DNA from: an uncultured Bacteroidota bacterium
GTDB lineage: Bacteria; Bacteroidota; Bacteroidia; UKL13-3
NCBI GenBank assembly: GCA_903897855.1
Contig: CAIUDH010000076.1
Span: forward strand, 97,643 to 161,642
Direction: 5' to 3'
Length of the DNA: 64,000 nt
The translations under genes were made by a program, and so were the position numbers. Shown here piece after piece: positions 29,313 to 39,200 of the stretch. The notes under the pieces were generated by a model. That model made no database searches. It was not told the origin of the DNA and worked only from the letters and a program-made list of their open reading frames with translations. The first letter of the stretch is position 1. Every line of letters starts with the position of its first letter.

Positions 29313-29782
29313 TTTGATTTAGCATTGAATGCCTCCTTAAAATATCTAAAGGAAACCCAGAGCATTCCAAATGATTCACCATCCTCTTTGCCAAGATGTT
29401 TATGATGCATCTTATGTGCTTTGCGAATGGCTCTTAAATAAACAGAATCGGTATTTCTAAAAAAATCAAAACGTTGATGAATAAAGATGTCGTGAACCAA
29501 AAAATAGGCTGCTCCATAAAAGGTAATTCCCAACCCTATCCAATAGAGAAAATTATAATCGAGGTACATGCCTATAGCCAACCCGGTGATCCCTGGTAAT
29601 GCGAAAATGACAAAAAAATAATCATTCCGTTCGAAGAATCTTTCAATCTTTTTATTATGATGATCTTGGTGCAAAAACCAAGCAATGCCATGCATAATAT
29701 ATTTATGTACTAGCCACGCCACGCACTCCATGGTAACGAAAGCGCTCAGTACGATAGTGAAGTTTACGATTATTGGTGCCAC
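29309..29782 (-). CDS. crtZ: beta-carotene 3-hydroxylase
   Basis: 157 aa with histidine boxes (HKYIMHG, HQDHH, HDIFIHQR, HKMHHKH). GTG start. Confidence 0.85.
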   Translation of the reverse strand: MAPIIVNFTIVLSAFVTMECVAWLVHKYIMHGIAWFLHQDHHNKKIERFFERNDYFFVIFALPGITGLAIGMYLDYNFLYWIGLGITFYGAAYFLVHDIFIHQRFDFFRNTDSVYLRAIRKAHKMHHKHLGKEDGESFGMLWVSFRYFKEAFNAKSK

Positions 29783-29803
29783 TGTTTTAGGTTAAAAGGT
29801 GAA

Positions 29804-30361
29804 TTAACTAATTTTTAAATCTTGAAAGTGAGCAACTACCTTATCGAAACAGTCTTTAAGCCATTCGGTATAGTTTTCGGGGTTGAGCCGAATGCTTTTA
29901 GACAAATTTTCCATGGACTCATATTTCCAGTCCAACACTTCCAATGTGTTGATCTCGGGAGTGCTATCGGAAACACCCAAAAAAACGTGATCAAACTCAT
30001 GTTCTATAAGGCCTTTGTCGAGATGGGCCTTATAAATAAAATTAAAAACGGGCTTAATGTCGCATTCGATGCCCATCTCTTCCTGCATTCTTCTCAATGC
30101 TGCATTCAGGGTAGTTTCTCCTTTTCGAGGATGACTACAACAGGTGTTGGTCCAGAGGCCTCCCGAGTGATACTTTTCTAATGCGCGTTGTTGCATCAAT
30201 AATTCGCCCTTGGTATTAAAAATAAAAACAGAAAAGGCGCGATGCAGTTCACCCTTGCGATGAGCCTCCATTTTCCCCATCGTACCTAACTCAATATCAT
30301 TTGAGTCGACTAAAATCACTTCTTCTTCCTTTAACATCATATTTTGTAAGGTTGAGTACAC
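29804..30361 (-). CDS. idi: isopentenyl-diphosphate delta-isomerase, type 1 (Nudix)
   Basis: LHRAFSVFIFN...LLMQQRALEKYHSGGLWTNTCCSHP...EHEFDHVF. The track start is GTG at 30361; an ATG at 30340 is an alternative. Confidence 0.85.
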   Translation of the reverse strand: MYSTLQNMMLKEEEVILVDSNDIELGTMGKMEAHRKGELHRAFSVFIFNTKGELLMQQRALEKYHSGGLWTNTCCSHPRKGETTLNAALRRMQEEMGIECDIKPVFNFIYKAHLDKGLIEHEFDHVFLGVSDSTPEINTLEVLDWKYESMENLSKSIRLNPENYTEWLKDCFDKVVAHFQDLKIS

Positions 30362-30405
30362 CTTAAATTATTGACTCAACAAAGATAAGTTCGAGATTGT
30401 TTATT

Positions 30406-31242
30406 TTACAATAAATTCATTTGATAACGCAGGTATGACTTCAACAACAAGAATAATTTCAAGGTGTTATTAATGCCAATTCGATCATTCATAATTCTTT
30501 TGGGCGGTACTTTTTTTATTTTTTTAAGTAAATTTTTATAATAATAGTAAGCTAGATACACACCCATCCTTGAACTCGTAGGTAACTGTCCGATTCCCAC
30601 CAAAGCCAATTTAAAGTCTTCCTCAATTTCTTCTTCAATTTTTAACTTTTCGGAGGCAGAGAGAGCGTCCAAATTCACCCCTGGAAAATAGGTCCTGCCC
30701 AATTGTTCATAATCTTGTTTTATGTCTCTCAAGAAATTTACTTTTTGAAATGCAGCTCCCAATTTCATGGCTGAAGGTTTCAATTTTTCATACGCTTCCG
30801 AATTGCCTTGGATAAACACGCGCAAGCACATCAGGCCCACCACTTCGGCTGAGCCAAAAATATATTGTTCATAACGACTTTTGTCATAATCATTTTTATG
30901 CAAATCCATCTCCATACTTCTAAAGAAGGTATCCGTTAATTCCATTTCAATATTATATTTGTTCACCACTTCCTGGTAAGCATTTATAATCGGATTTAAA
31001 GAAATTTTCTGTTCGATGGCTTCGTATGTGTCCTTTTTAAATTTGTCCAATAAGTATTTCTTATCAAAGCCATCAAAGCTATCGACAATTTCATCAGCAA
31101 ATCTCACAAATCCATAAATGGAATAAATGGGAGGATGCAATTTCGGGTCGAGGAAAAAGATTCCCATGGAAAAGCTAGTACTATAGGCTCTGGTGGTGAC
31201 TTTGCTGCACACTCTAGAGACCTCGTCAAAGATTGATTTCAT
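30406..31242 (-). CDS. crtB: phytoene synthase
   Basis: 278 aa. Squalene/phytoene synthase motifs (YGFVRFADEIVD, ...GSAEVVGLM..., FQKVNFLRDIKQDYEQLGRTYFP). Confidence 0.9.
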   Translation of the reverse strand: MKSIFDEVSRVCSKVTTRAYSTSFSMGIFFLDPKLHPPIYSIYGFVRFADEIVDSFDGFDKKYLLDKFKKDTYEAIEQKISLNPIINAYQEVVNKYNIEMELTDTFFRSMEMDLHKNDYDKSRYEQYIFGSAEVVGLMCLRVFIQGNSEAYEKLKPSAMKLGAAFQKVNFLRDIKQDYEQLGRTYFPGVNLDALSASEKLKIEEEIEEDFKLALVGIGQLPTSSRMGVYLAYYYYKNLLKKIKKVPPKRIMNDRIGINNTLKLFLLLKSYLRYQMNLL

Positions 31243-32759
31243 TAATTTTGTGGTTGTAAAGTAATTGATTTAAGTAATTCGTTCGCGGCTATTTGGCCCG
31301 AAATTATGGATGGTGGAACTCCTGGTCCTGGCACCGTAAGCTGTCCTGCAAAAAAGAGATTATTTACTTTTCTGCTTTTCAGTTTTGGTTTAAATATAGC
31401 GGTTTGCATGAGTGTATTTGCAAGTCCGTAAGCATTTCCTTTATAGGCATTATAGTCGGCTTTGAAATTCGAAACAGAATACGTTTTTTTAGTGGTCACA
31501 TGAGCCCGAATTTCTTCGCCGGTAAACTTTTCCAATCGACTCATTAACATATCGTAGTAATGTGTTCTTATTTCTTCGGTATCATCAAGACCCGCAGCTA
31601 CAGGCATCAGCACAAAAAGGTTTTCACAACCTTCGGGAGCTACTGTCGAATCGGTTTTAGAGGGACAACACACATAAAACAATGGATTCGATGGCCATTT
31701 TTTTGACTCATAAATTTCTATGGCGTGTTGGTTCAAGTCTTCGTCGAAGAATAAATTGTGATGAATTAATTTTTCAATTTTTTTGTTCACTCCTAAATAG
31801 AAGATCAAACACGATGGAGCAAAAACTTTCTTATTCCAATAAGCCTCGTCATAAGTGCGATACTCTTGGGGAAGGAGTGCCTTTTCAACATGATGATAGT
31901 CGGCAGAAGCGACGACGGCGTCGACAGCCATAGGAGCCCCATTGGAATGGAGATTTATGATATTTCCTGACTTTATTTCTAACCGTTCTACCCTTTCGTT
32001 GGTTTTAATAGTAACACCCTGTTCCTCGGCTATTTTTTGAAACGCATCCACCACCTTGCCAAAACCACCCAGTGGATAAAAAGTACCTTGTTTTAAACCT
32101 GAGTAATTCATTAAGCTATAGAGTGCCGGCGTATCTTTGGGCATGGCGCCCAAGAACAGCACAGGAAATTCCATTAAAGCTAACAATCGTGGGTTTTTAA
32201 AGAAAGAGCGAATATGCTTGCTGAAGGAAGAGAACAATTGAAGTTTGAATGCATCTTTGAGTAACCGCAGGCTAAAGTACTCGCTCAGCGAATGACTCGG
32301 CAGGTATACCATATTATTCATACCCACCGAATATTTGTACGCTGCTTGCTTCATAAATTTTCGCAACTGCATCGCACTTCCCTTTTCAATACTTTCGAAG
32401 AGTGTACATAACTGTTCGAAGTTTTCAGGCACATCTAAATAATCATCTATACCAAAGACGACTCTAAAGCCAGGGTCCAGCTTCTTTAGCTCATAAAAAT
32501 CGCTGGTAGTATGTCCAAAAAGATTAAAATACTTCTCATAAACGTCGGGCATCCAATACCAGCTCGGTCCCATATCGAAAACAAATCCATCCATGGTCAT
32601 CGTCCGAGCTCGGCCGCCTAGGTTGGTATTCTTTTCAAAAATGGTTACTGCCGCACCGGCCGCTCCGAGCATGGCAGCCGATGTTAAACCGGCAAAACCA
32701 GATCCAATCACTGCAATGTTTGGCTTCTTGTTTAATTTATTTATATTTTTATTAAGCAT
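31242..32759 (-). CDS. crtI: phytoene desaturase
   Basis: 505 aa. N-terminal FAD fold (IAVIGSGFAGLTSAAML) and C-terminal ...NLFFAGQLTVPGPGVPPSIISG. The stop overlaps the crtB start (TAATG). Confidence 0.9.
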   Translation of the reverse strand: MLNKNINKLNKKPNIAVIGSGFAGLTSAAMLGAAGAAVTIFEKNTNLGGRARTMTMDGFVFDMGPSWYWMPDVYEKYFNLFGHTTSDFYELKKLDPGFRVVFGIDDYLDVPENFEQLCTLFESIEKGSAMQLRKFMKQAAYKYSVGMNNMVYLPSHSLSEYFSLRLLKDAFKLQLFSSFSKHIRSFFKNPRLLALMEFPVLFLGAMPKDTPALYSLMNYSGLKQGTFYPLGGFGKVVDAFQKIAEEQGVTIKTNERVERLEIKSGNIINLHSNGAPMAVDAVVASADYHHVEKALLPQEYRTYDEAYWNKKVFAPSCLIFYLGVNKKIEKLIHHNLFFDEDLNQHAIEIYESKKWPSNPLFYVCCPSKTDSTVAPEGCENLFVLMPVAAGLDDTEEIRTHYYDMLMSRLEKFTGEEIRAHVTTKKTYSVSNFKADYNAYKGNAYGLANTLMQTAIFKPKLKSRKVNNLFFAGQLTVPGPGVPPSIISGQIAANELLKSITLQPQN

Positions 32760-33647
32760 TTAGTTTGAAACTGCTATTAATTTTTCGATGTCGTTAATCC
32801 AACATAAATTATCGTGATTTTGCATCGCTTGGTCCACTACTTCTAAACGTCCGGAAACACAAAGTTTCACATAAGGAAAGTCTTTACAAAGGTTCGAGAA
32901 AAGCTTATTCAGCTCGGATACAGGGAGATTTTTTGTTAAAAAAGAATATAGATGCGTTGGATTACATACCGCTATTACGGATGCCAAATTGTCGTAGGGG
33001 ACATTACCACCTAAATAAATAACCTTTTTCCCTTGTTGGCGTAATATATAGGATGCGAACAGGAGCCCGATTTCGTGTTCTTCTCGCTCGTTAAGAAATA
33101 GCACCCAGGTTTGACTTGAATTGCCAGGCAATGGGAGGGCATCAATGGAGGCAAAGAGTTTCTGTTTAATAAGATTCGACATAAAGTGCTCCTGCGCAGG
33201 CATCAAGTCGCTTCTGCTCCACATCAAACCGGTTTTAATCATTAAGGGATATACCACCTTCAAGTAAGTTTTTACCAACCCAAATCTAAGAAGTGCATTT
33301 GAAAATATCTTCTCGAAGAGTGGCTCGTCGTAGGCTGTGATTGCTATTAACGCCTGATGTGCGATGGTTTCCTCCTGCAGATCATTTCCAAAAGCACCAT
33401 CCATAAGCCTCACGATCTCCAATAAAATTTGTTCATCGGTAAGCTTACTCACTTTTGAAATTTTGATTCCAGAGTTTATTAAAACACACACATTTAACAA
33501 TTTTTTCAGATGCTCATCGTCATAGTAACGAATGTTCGTATCCGTTCGATGAGGTTTCAATAAATTATATCGAAGTTCCCAAGTTCGAATGGTGTGTGCC
33601 TTCAAATTGGTTAAGCCTTCAAGTGTTTTTATGGAATAAGTAGACAT
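32760..33647 (-). CDS. MerR-family, B12-binding light-responsive transcriptional regulator (CarH/LitR type)
   Basis: N-terminal MerR HTH (IKTLEGLTNLKAHTIRTWELRYNLLKPHRTDTNIRYY). Wx9EH motif (W143-SRSDLMPAQ-E153-H154). Cobalamin-binding ExHxxG (EEHEIG, H191) with a downstream GG (YLGGNVP). The stop abuts the crtI ATG. Confidence 0.8.
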   Translation of the reverse strand: MSTYSIKTLEGLTNLKAHTIRTWELRYNLLKPHRTDTNIRYYDDEHLKKLLNVCVLINSGIKISKVSKLTDEQILLEIVRLMDGAFGNDLQEETIAHQALIAITAYDEPLFEKIFSNALLRFGLVKTYLKVVYPLMIKTGLMWSRSDLMPAQEHFMSNLIKQKLFASIDALPLPGNSSQTWVLFLNEREEHEIGLLFASYILRQQGKKVIYLGGNVPYDNLASVIAVCNPTHLYSFLTKNLPVSELNKLFSNLCKDFPYVKLCVSGRLEVVDQAMQNHDNLCWINDIEKLIAVSN

Positions 33648-33667
33648 ATATTTTGCTTAATCTTTTA

Positions 33668-33675
33668 CAAAGATA
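33668..33675 (-). promoter_or_regulatory. candidate -7 box TATCTTTG upstream of the carH-like/crt operon
   Basis: CAAAGATA on the plus strand equals TATCTTTG on the minus strand, 21 nt upstream of ATG 33647. Confidence 0.35.
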
Positions 33676-33845
33676 GTTAAACAATTTATATTTCCAAAAA
33701 AAATAGACTTGCCTTCACCAATTAATAGCAGCAGTTTTAATGAATCTAACTGTGGAGTGTCTTTAAATACCCTTGAGAGTCGTTTCAAAGGCCGCTGGGA
33801 AAGATTCTGAAGGCAATAGTTGTTCGGGGCAATGACTCAGGAATT

Positions 33846-33880
33846 AAACAAAAAAGCCATCTAAGTAATCTTAGATGGCT
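33846..33880 (-). terminator. intrinsic terminator after tRNA-Asn
   Basis: Perfect 10-bp stem GCCATCTAAG/CTTAGATGGC with a 4-nt loop, followed on the minus strand by TTTTTTGTTT. Confidence 0.6.
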
Positions 33881-33883
33881 TTG

Positions 33884-33957
33884 CTCCCTGATCTGGGCTC
33901 GAACCAGAGACCTAGTGATTAACAGTCACTCGCTCTAACCAACTGAGCTATCAAGGA
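33884..33957 (-). tRNA. tRNA-Asn (anticodon GTT)
   Basis: Minus strand reads TCCTTGATAGCTCAGTTGGTTAGAGCGAGTGACTGTTAATCACTAGGTCTCTGGTTCGAGCCCAGATCAGGGAG. It has a 7-bp acceptor stem, D loop AGCTCAGTTGGTTAGAGC, anticodon loop CTGTTAA and T arm GGTTCGAGCCC. CCA is not encoded. Confidence 0.9.
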
Positions 33958-34028
33958 ATTTAATTCAGGCTATTTGCCTGCGTTTTTTTAAGGAGTGCAA
34001 AAGTATGAATAACTCTCAAAATAAAAAA

Positions 34029-34036
34029 TATCTTTG
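34029..34036 (+). promoter_or_regulatory. candidate -7 box TATCTTTG upstream of the pfkB-family kinase gene
   Basis: TATCTTTGCAAA lies 13 nt before ATG 34050. Confidence 0.35.
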
Positions 34037-34049
34037 CAAAAATATTTTT

Positions 34050-34958
34050 ATGAGTCTACTAAGTATCGGAACGGTCGCTTTTGACGCCATTGAAACCCCC
34101 TTCGGGAAAACAGATAAGATTATTGGTGGTGCTGCCACCTTTATCTCACTTTCGGCGTCTTATTTCACAAAAAACATAAATCTGGTAGCCGTTGTGGGCG
34201 ACGATTTCCCTCAAGAGTATATCGCTTTGCTAAATAAAAAAGGCGTTAACACCGATGGATTGCAGATAAAGAAAGGGGAGAAATCCTTTTTCTGGAGTGG
34301 CAAATACCATAATGACATGAATGGGAGAGATACTCTTATTACTGAACTTAACGTGCTTGCCGACTTCGATCCAATCATTCCGGAGCGTTATCAGGATTGC
34401 GAATACCTCATGCTGGGTAACCTTACCCCTATGGTACAGGAATTGGTGACTCAACGATTGACGAAACGCCCGAAATTGGTCGTCCTTGACACCATGAACT
34501 TCTGGATGGACGTGGCTTTAGAGGATTTAAAACGCGTTTTGAAAAAAATTGATGTGTTAACAATTAATGATGAAGAGGCTCGCCAACTTAGTGGGGAGCA
34601 TAATATTTTAAAGGCGGCGAGGAAGATTCTTGGAATGGGTCCAAAAACACTCATCATTAAAAAAGGAGAGCATGGCGCTTTAATAATCAATGATAATGAT
34701 ATGTTTTATGCCCCTGGTTTGCCTTTAGAAGAGGTTTTCGACCCAACAGGTGCGGGCGACACTTTTGCTGGTGGTTTTATTGGCTATTTGGCGAGCACCG
34801 GTGATACTAGTTTTGAGAATATGAAAAAGGCTGTAATTCATGGATCGGCCATGGCTTCTTTTTGTGTAGAAAAGTTTGGTACTGAAAACCTACTGAACTT
34901 AACGCCAGAACTCATTGCAGAAAGAGTACGTAAATTCTCTAAGTTAGTCAGTTTTTAA
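34050..34958 (+). CDS. PfkB-family carbohydrate/nucleoside kinase
   Basis: Ribokinase-like fold with the signature DPTGAGDTFAGGFIGYL. I start it at ATG 34050 (MSLLSIG...) because the 34005 extension overlaps the promoter box. Confidence 0.8.
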   Translation: MSLLSIGTVAFDAIETPFGKTDKIIGGAATFISLSASYFTKNINLVAVVGDDFPQEYIALLNKKGVNTDGLQIKKGEKSFFWSGKYHNDMNGRDTLITELNVLADFDPIIPERYQDCEYLMLGNLTPMVQELVTQRLTKRPKLVVLDTMNFWMDVALEDLKRVLKKIDVLTINDEEARQLSGEHNILKAARKILGMGPKTLIIKKGEHGALIINDNDMFYAPGLPLEEVFDPTGAGDTFAGGFIGYLASTGDTSFENMKKAVIHGSAMASFCVEKFGTENLLNLTPELIAERVRKFSKLVSF

Positions 34959-35617
34959 GGAGCTAATCTTACCCAACTCCACGATGCATCCTTTTTAGTG
35001 AATTGAATTCTGTCGTGGAACCGGCTTTCACGTCCTTGCCAGAATTCAATAGTAGTAGGGCTGAGAAGGAATCCTCCCCAATGATCGGGGAAAGGCACTT
35101 TTGCCCCTAAATACATTTCCGTTGTTTTTTTGTGCAATGCTTCTAATTCAAGTTTCCCTTCAATCGCTTTACTCTGAGGGGAGATCATGGCACTCACCTG
35201 ACTTTCAAAGGGGCGAGAGTAGAAATACTGTTCACTTTCTTCCCGAGTTACTTTCTTCACAACGCCTTCAATCCTAACTTGCCGTTCCAATTCCAGCCAT
35301 AGAAAAACCACTGAAGCTTGTGGGTTTTGAGCCAATTCAAGCCCTTTACGACTTTCATAATTAGTATAGAAAATAAAGCCCTCTGGGGTTACCCCTTTTA
35401 GCAACATCACTCGCGCTGATGGTTTGGCTTCAGCCGAGCAGGTAGCCAGTATCATGGCATTCGGCTCTGGCACTTGGGCCTCGATCGATTCTTCAAACCA
35501 TTGCTTAAATTGCTGCATCGGATCATGAATGACGGCTTCTTCACTCAGGTTTTTCATCTTATACTCTTTTCGCATTGAGGCAATATCCATAATAAATACT
35601 TTTAATTTGTTATCCAT
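34955..35617 (-). CDS. pdxH: pyridoxamine 5'-phosphate oxidase
   Basis: ...PSARVMLLKGV...GFIFYTNYESRKG...EFWQGRESRFHDRIQFTK...W.W.RLAP is the characteristic PdxH C-terminus. An internal ATG at 35590 is an alternative start. Confidence 0.9.
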   Translation of the reverse strand: MDNKLKVFIMDIASMRKEYKMKNLSEEAVIHDPMQQFKQWFEESIEAQVPEPNAMILATCSAEAKPSARVMLLKGVTPEGFIFYTNYESRKGLELAQNPQASVVFLWLELERQVRIEGVVKKVTREESEQYFYSRPFESQVSAMISPQSKAIEGKLELEALHKKTTEMYLGAKVPFPDHWGGFLLSPTTIEFWQGRESRFHDRIQFTKKDASWSWVRLAP

Positions 35618-35731
35618 CGAAGACTCCTGATCCTCGTTTTCTGATGCAAATTTAAAGAAGTATATCTGTTTAAATTAAAATAAAAAGGCAACACTAAAAG
35701 CATTGCCGATTTACAAAAAAACAAACTAACC

Positions 35732-35915
35732 CTATTCTTTTACGACTCTTATAGTTTGAGATATATTAAGAGATCACATATTTACGAAATAAACCCCTGA
35801 TAGCTGTCGGCTGTGATGATGTAAGGAGGTCGTAATACCGCCCAATAATAGGCACAGCAGGCAAGGTATACCTATTCATGACTAACACATTGGAAGTATT
35901 TGTACCAGAGCCCAT
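35732..35915 (-). pseudogene. decayed T9SS type-A C-terminal sorting domain fragment
   Basis: Hand translation of one minus frame gives TSLHHHSRQLSGVYFVNM*SLNISQTIRVVKE*. This mirrors the neighbouring adhesin's CTD end (TMEAGIYFVKVTSRQTSQIIRVTKK) but has an in-frame TGA. The upstream part (MGSGTNTSNVLVMNRY...) continues in a different frame. Confidence 0.45.
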
Positions 35916-36248
35916 GATTGCTTTATAATAAAAAGAATGCCGAAGCGAAAATCAGGGTGAGAAATTTGAATGGAGTTGAAAACTGAGCCATAGATTACGT
36001 GGATTTAAACGATTAATTTTTATTTCTATATTGCTAAATTAGCTCAACTGCTGCGATTGTAAAATTTTTATGGCCGAAGGTGGCAGATTTTAGGATGATT
36101 GGGATTAATTAGAGTTCGAATTGAAGCCCCATTTTTCATTTCCATCGAAATGGGGCAATATTCGAGTCATTAAAATCAACTTGATTTCATTGTTTTCATC
36201 AGTCGTGGTCGGATGACTGATAAGATACTGCATTACCCTTACTAAAAT

Positions 36249-39200
36249 TTATTTTTTAGTCACGCGTATAATTTGAGAGGTTTGACGAGAAGTGACTTTC
36301 ACAAAATAAATACCTGCTTCCATCGTTCGAAAATCGATTACTGCTTTGCTATCTGTTTCATTGCCTTTGCTTAATTCTCTACCAGAGGCATCAAAAACAA
36401 TTATTTCTCGCGAGCCATAGGATACGAAATTTAGCTGCAAGCTATTACTTACAGGGTTTGGAAATGCATTCAGCACCTCTGAAACAGGACCTTCATCGAT
36501 GCCTGTAGGTATTACAAAAATTCCAGAGGAGACGTTTTTACAGCCATTCGTACCAACAATTTCAACCGTATATGTTCCAGTTCCGGTTACAGTAAAGTTT
36601 TGAGATTTGGCGCCACTTACAGCGACTCCATTTTTAAACCATTGGTAACCATCGGCCAAGGAGCTAGTTAGCAAATCAGTATTTCTAGTAACTACCGGCA
36701 AGGCAGGTATTGGCTTTTCCGACATCGTAATCGTATTGGAAATCTTCTGGCACGATCCTAAGATGACTCTTACCTCGTATACACCCTGTTGTGTGACATA
36801 ATAGGTAGCTTTATTGCTGTTATTGATAATCACATTATTTCTTACCCATTGATAAGTAGCACCCGAAACGGTGGCCGTAGTTAAGGCTGCCGAATCACCA
36901 GTACAGAAAGCCGTATTCCCGGAGGCGATAAAAGCAGTTGGAGTTGGATTTATTTTTACATTCCTGATGGCAGAGGTCAGCATACATGAACCGTTATCAG
37001 CGGTAACAAAATAATTACCACTATCCACGACGAGCAAGGAATTTAGATTGGCGCCAATAATTGGGTTCCCGTTTTTATACCATTTATATTGTATTCCACT
37101 AATGGCTGGAACTTGGTAGGTTACTCCATTACTATCACTACAAATCACAGCATTGACGGAAGGAAGCATTGTTACATCGGGTTGATTGGTTGGAATGCTC
37201 AAAACAATTGAGTTGGTAGCTCGGCTACAGCCGGAGGCATTCGATATCCGTAAAGTATAGTTTCCACTTTGTGTTACATTCACTACCGAATCAATTGAAT
37301 TGAAAACTACCCCATTACGTTGCCACTCGTAATTAAGAGCACCTGCATTTCGAACCTTCAAAAAATAAGCACACCCGCTTTTTATTGAATCGATAAAATT
37401 GGCTGCTGGTGCAGCAATTATTCTAACATTTCGAGTTGATGAGGTTACTGCACACGATCCATTATCCACTAACACATAGTAGTTTCCACTGTCGACCAAA
37501 TTTAATGCATTTTGATTTGCACCATTGATGATACTTCCATTTTTGAACCATTTATAAGTGACACCGTTGGCGAAAGGTACCTGATAGGTTACCCCACTAC
37601 TATCACTACAAAGGATTGCATTTGTTAATGGCGTGATATTTGAATTTGGTGCATTCGCGATGACAAGCGAGATTGAATTTGTAACGATACTGCATCCCGA
37701 TGAATTCGATATCACCAGAGAATACAAACCTGATTGCGTGGCCGTAATAATAGTGTCGGTAGTGTTAATGGTGATTCCATTAAGTTGCCATTCAAACTTA
37801 AAAGTACCTGTATTCCTTAGTCTCAGTGAATAAGTGCACGCATTCTTTACTGAGTCAATAAAATTATTGGCAGGTAAAGAATTCACTACAATAGGTTTTG
37901 AAGAGGTAGTGCCTATACAACCCCTGTTTGTTGTAAGCTCCACCGTATAAAGGCCAGATTGCTTGGCATAATAGCTTTTGCCATTAATACCCGAGATATT
38001 CGAACCGTTCCTTTTCCATTGATAGCTTGTTATGGTATCGGTAGAAGAGGCGATGAGAAGTATAGAATCGCCCTGACAAACACTGTCAATAGGGGCAACA
38101 ATAGTACCGGCTGGCTTGGGATTCATACTCAGTGTGATGACATTTGACAATTTATTACAACCAAGAGCGGTGACTATTTTTACATTATAGTTCCCATTCT
38201 GTTTTACGTAATAGTTGGAATCGAGCGACTGTAGTAGTAGCACATTATCTTTATACCAATAGTAGCTATAATTTGTTCCACTATTGGCTTTCAACCAGAT
38301 ACTATCGCCTTGGCAAGTCGTATTTCCATTGGGAGCTACCAACACGGCTTGCGGTTTAATATTAAAAGTGAGACTTGCTGTGGCAGAAATGGTATTACAT
38401 CCATTATTTGAAATGATGACTCTAAAATTTCCCGACTGCTTTGCATAATATGCAAAAGAGTTAGCACCATTAATATTGCTTCCGTCTTTTTGCCACTGAT
38501 AGGAATAACCAGAAACATTTGGAACACTTAAGGGCAGCGAGTCGCCATCGCATAGAACCACCGTGCTATTATAGGAGAGTGTGGCTGTTGGAAATGCATT
38601 TATGGTCACCGACTTGGTAGTGTACGCTGATTGTATAATATTATTAGCTACGCGAAGAGAACAAAGTTTATTCCCTGAAGTAAATTTCACCCAAACATTT
38701 TGCAGGGTTGAAGTGGCCGGGGTACCATTTTGAAAAGTCCACTGGTAGGAAGAGGTAGAATTGGTGCCACTAGCCGAGAATAAGATGGAATCATTTTGAC
38801 AGGTGGAATTAACATTGGTTGTTATTGTAGCTACCGGCACGTTGGTAGTTTGCGGGAAAGAAAAATCATTTAAATGTATTTCATCACCAGAGTTCGATCC
38901 ACTATTATCTGTGGCATTCATAGCTACATATAATCGTGCATCACCTTGAAGCGTGGAGGGTGCTTGCCAATCGAACACCCAATCGGTACTATCGGTATAG
39001 CCTGCCGCAGTGCCTGAGGAGGTATGTGAAATATAATCTCTAGCACCCGTACTTAACTGAATTTTGGTAGCTGCGGTTGGGACAGCCAGAGTTCCTAATT
39101 TGGATGGAGACCCTGTATTGTTAAGCATGGTAGTTTCAAACCCGAACTTCACACAACCAGTAGTTCTAGCTCGAATGGTAATGTGATACGTTGAATCGGG

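Noticed and set aside
33700-34004. Possibility of an integrated element next to tRNA-Asn.
   Set aside because: There is no integrase or recombinase gene. I saw no direct repeat of the tRNA 3' end. The flanking genes are ordinary housekeeping and carotenoid genes.
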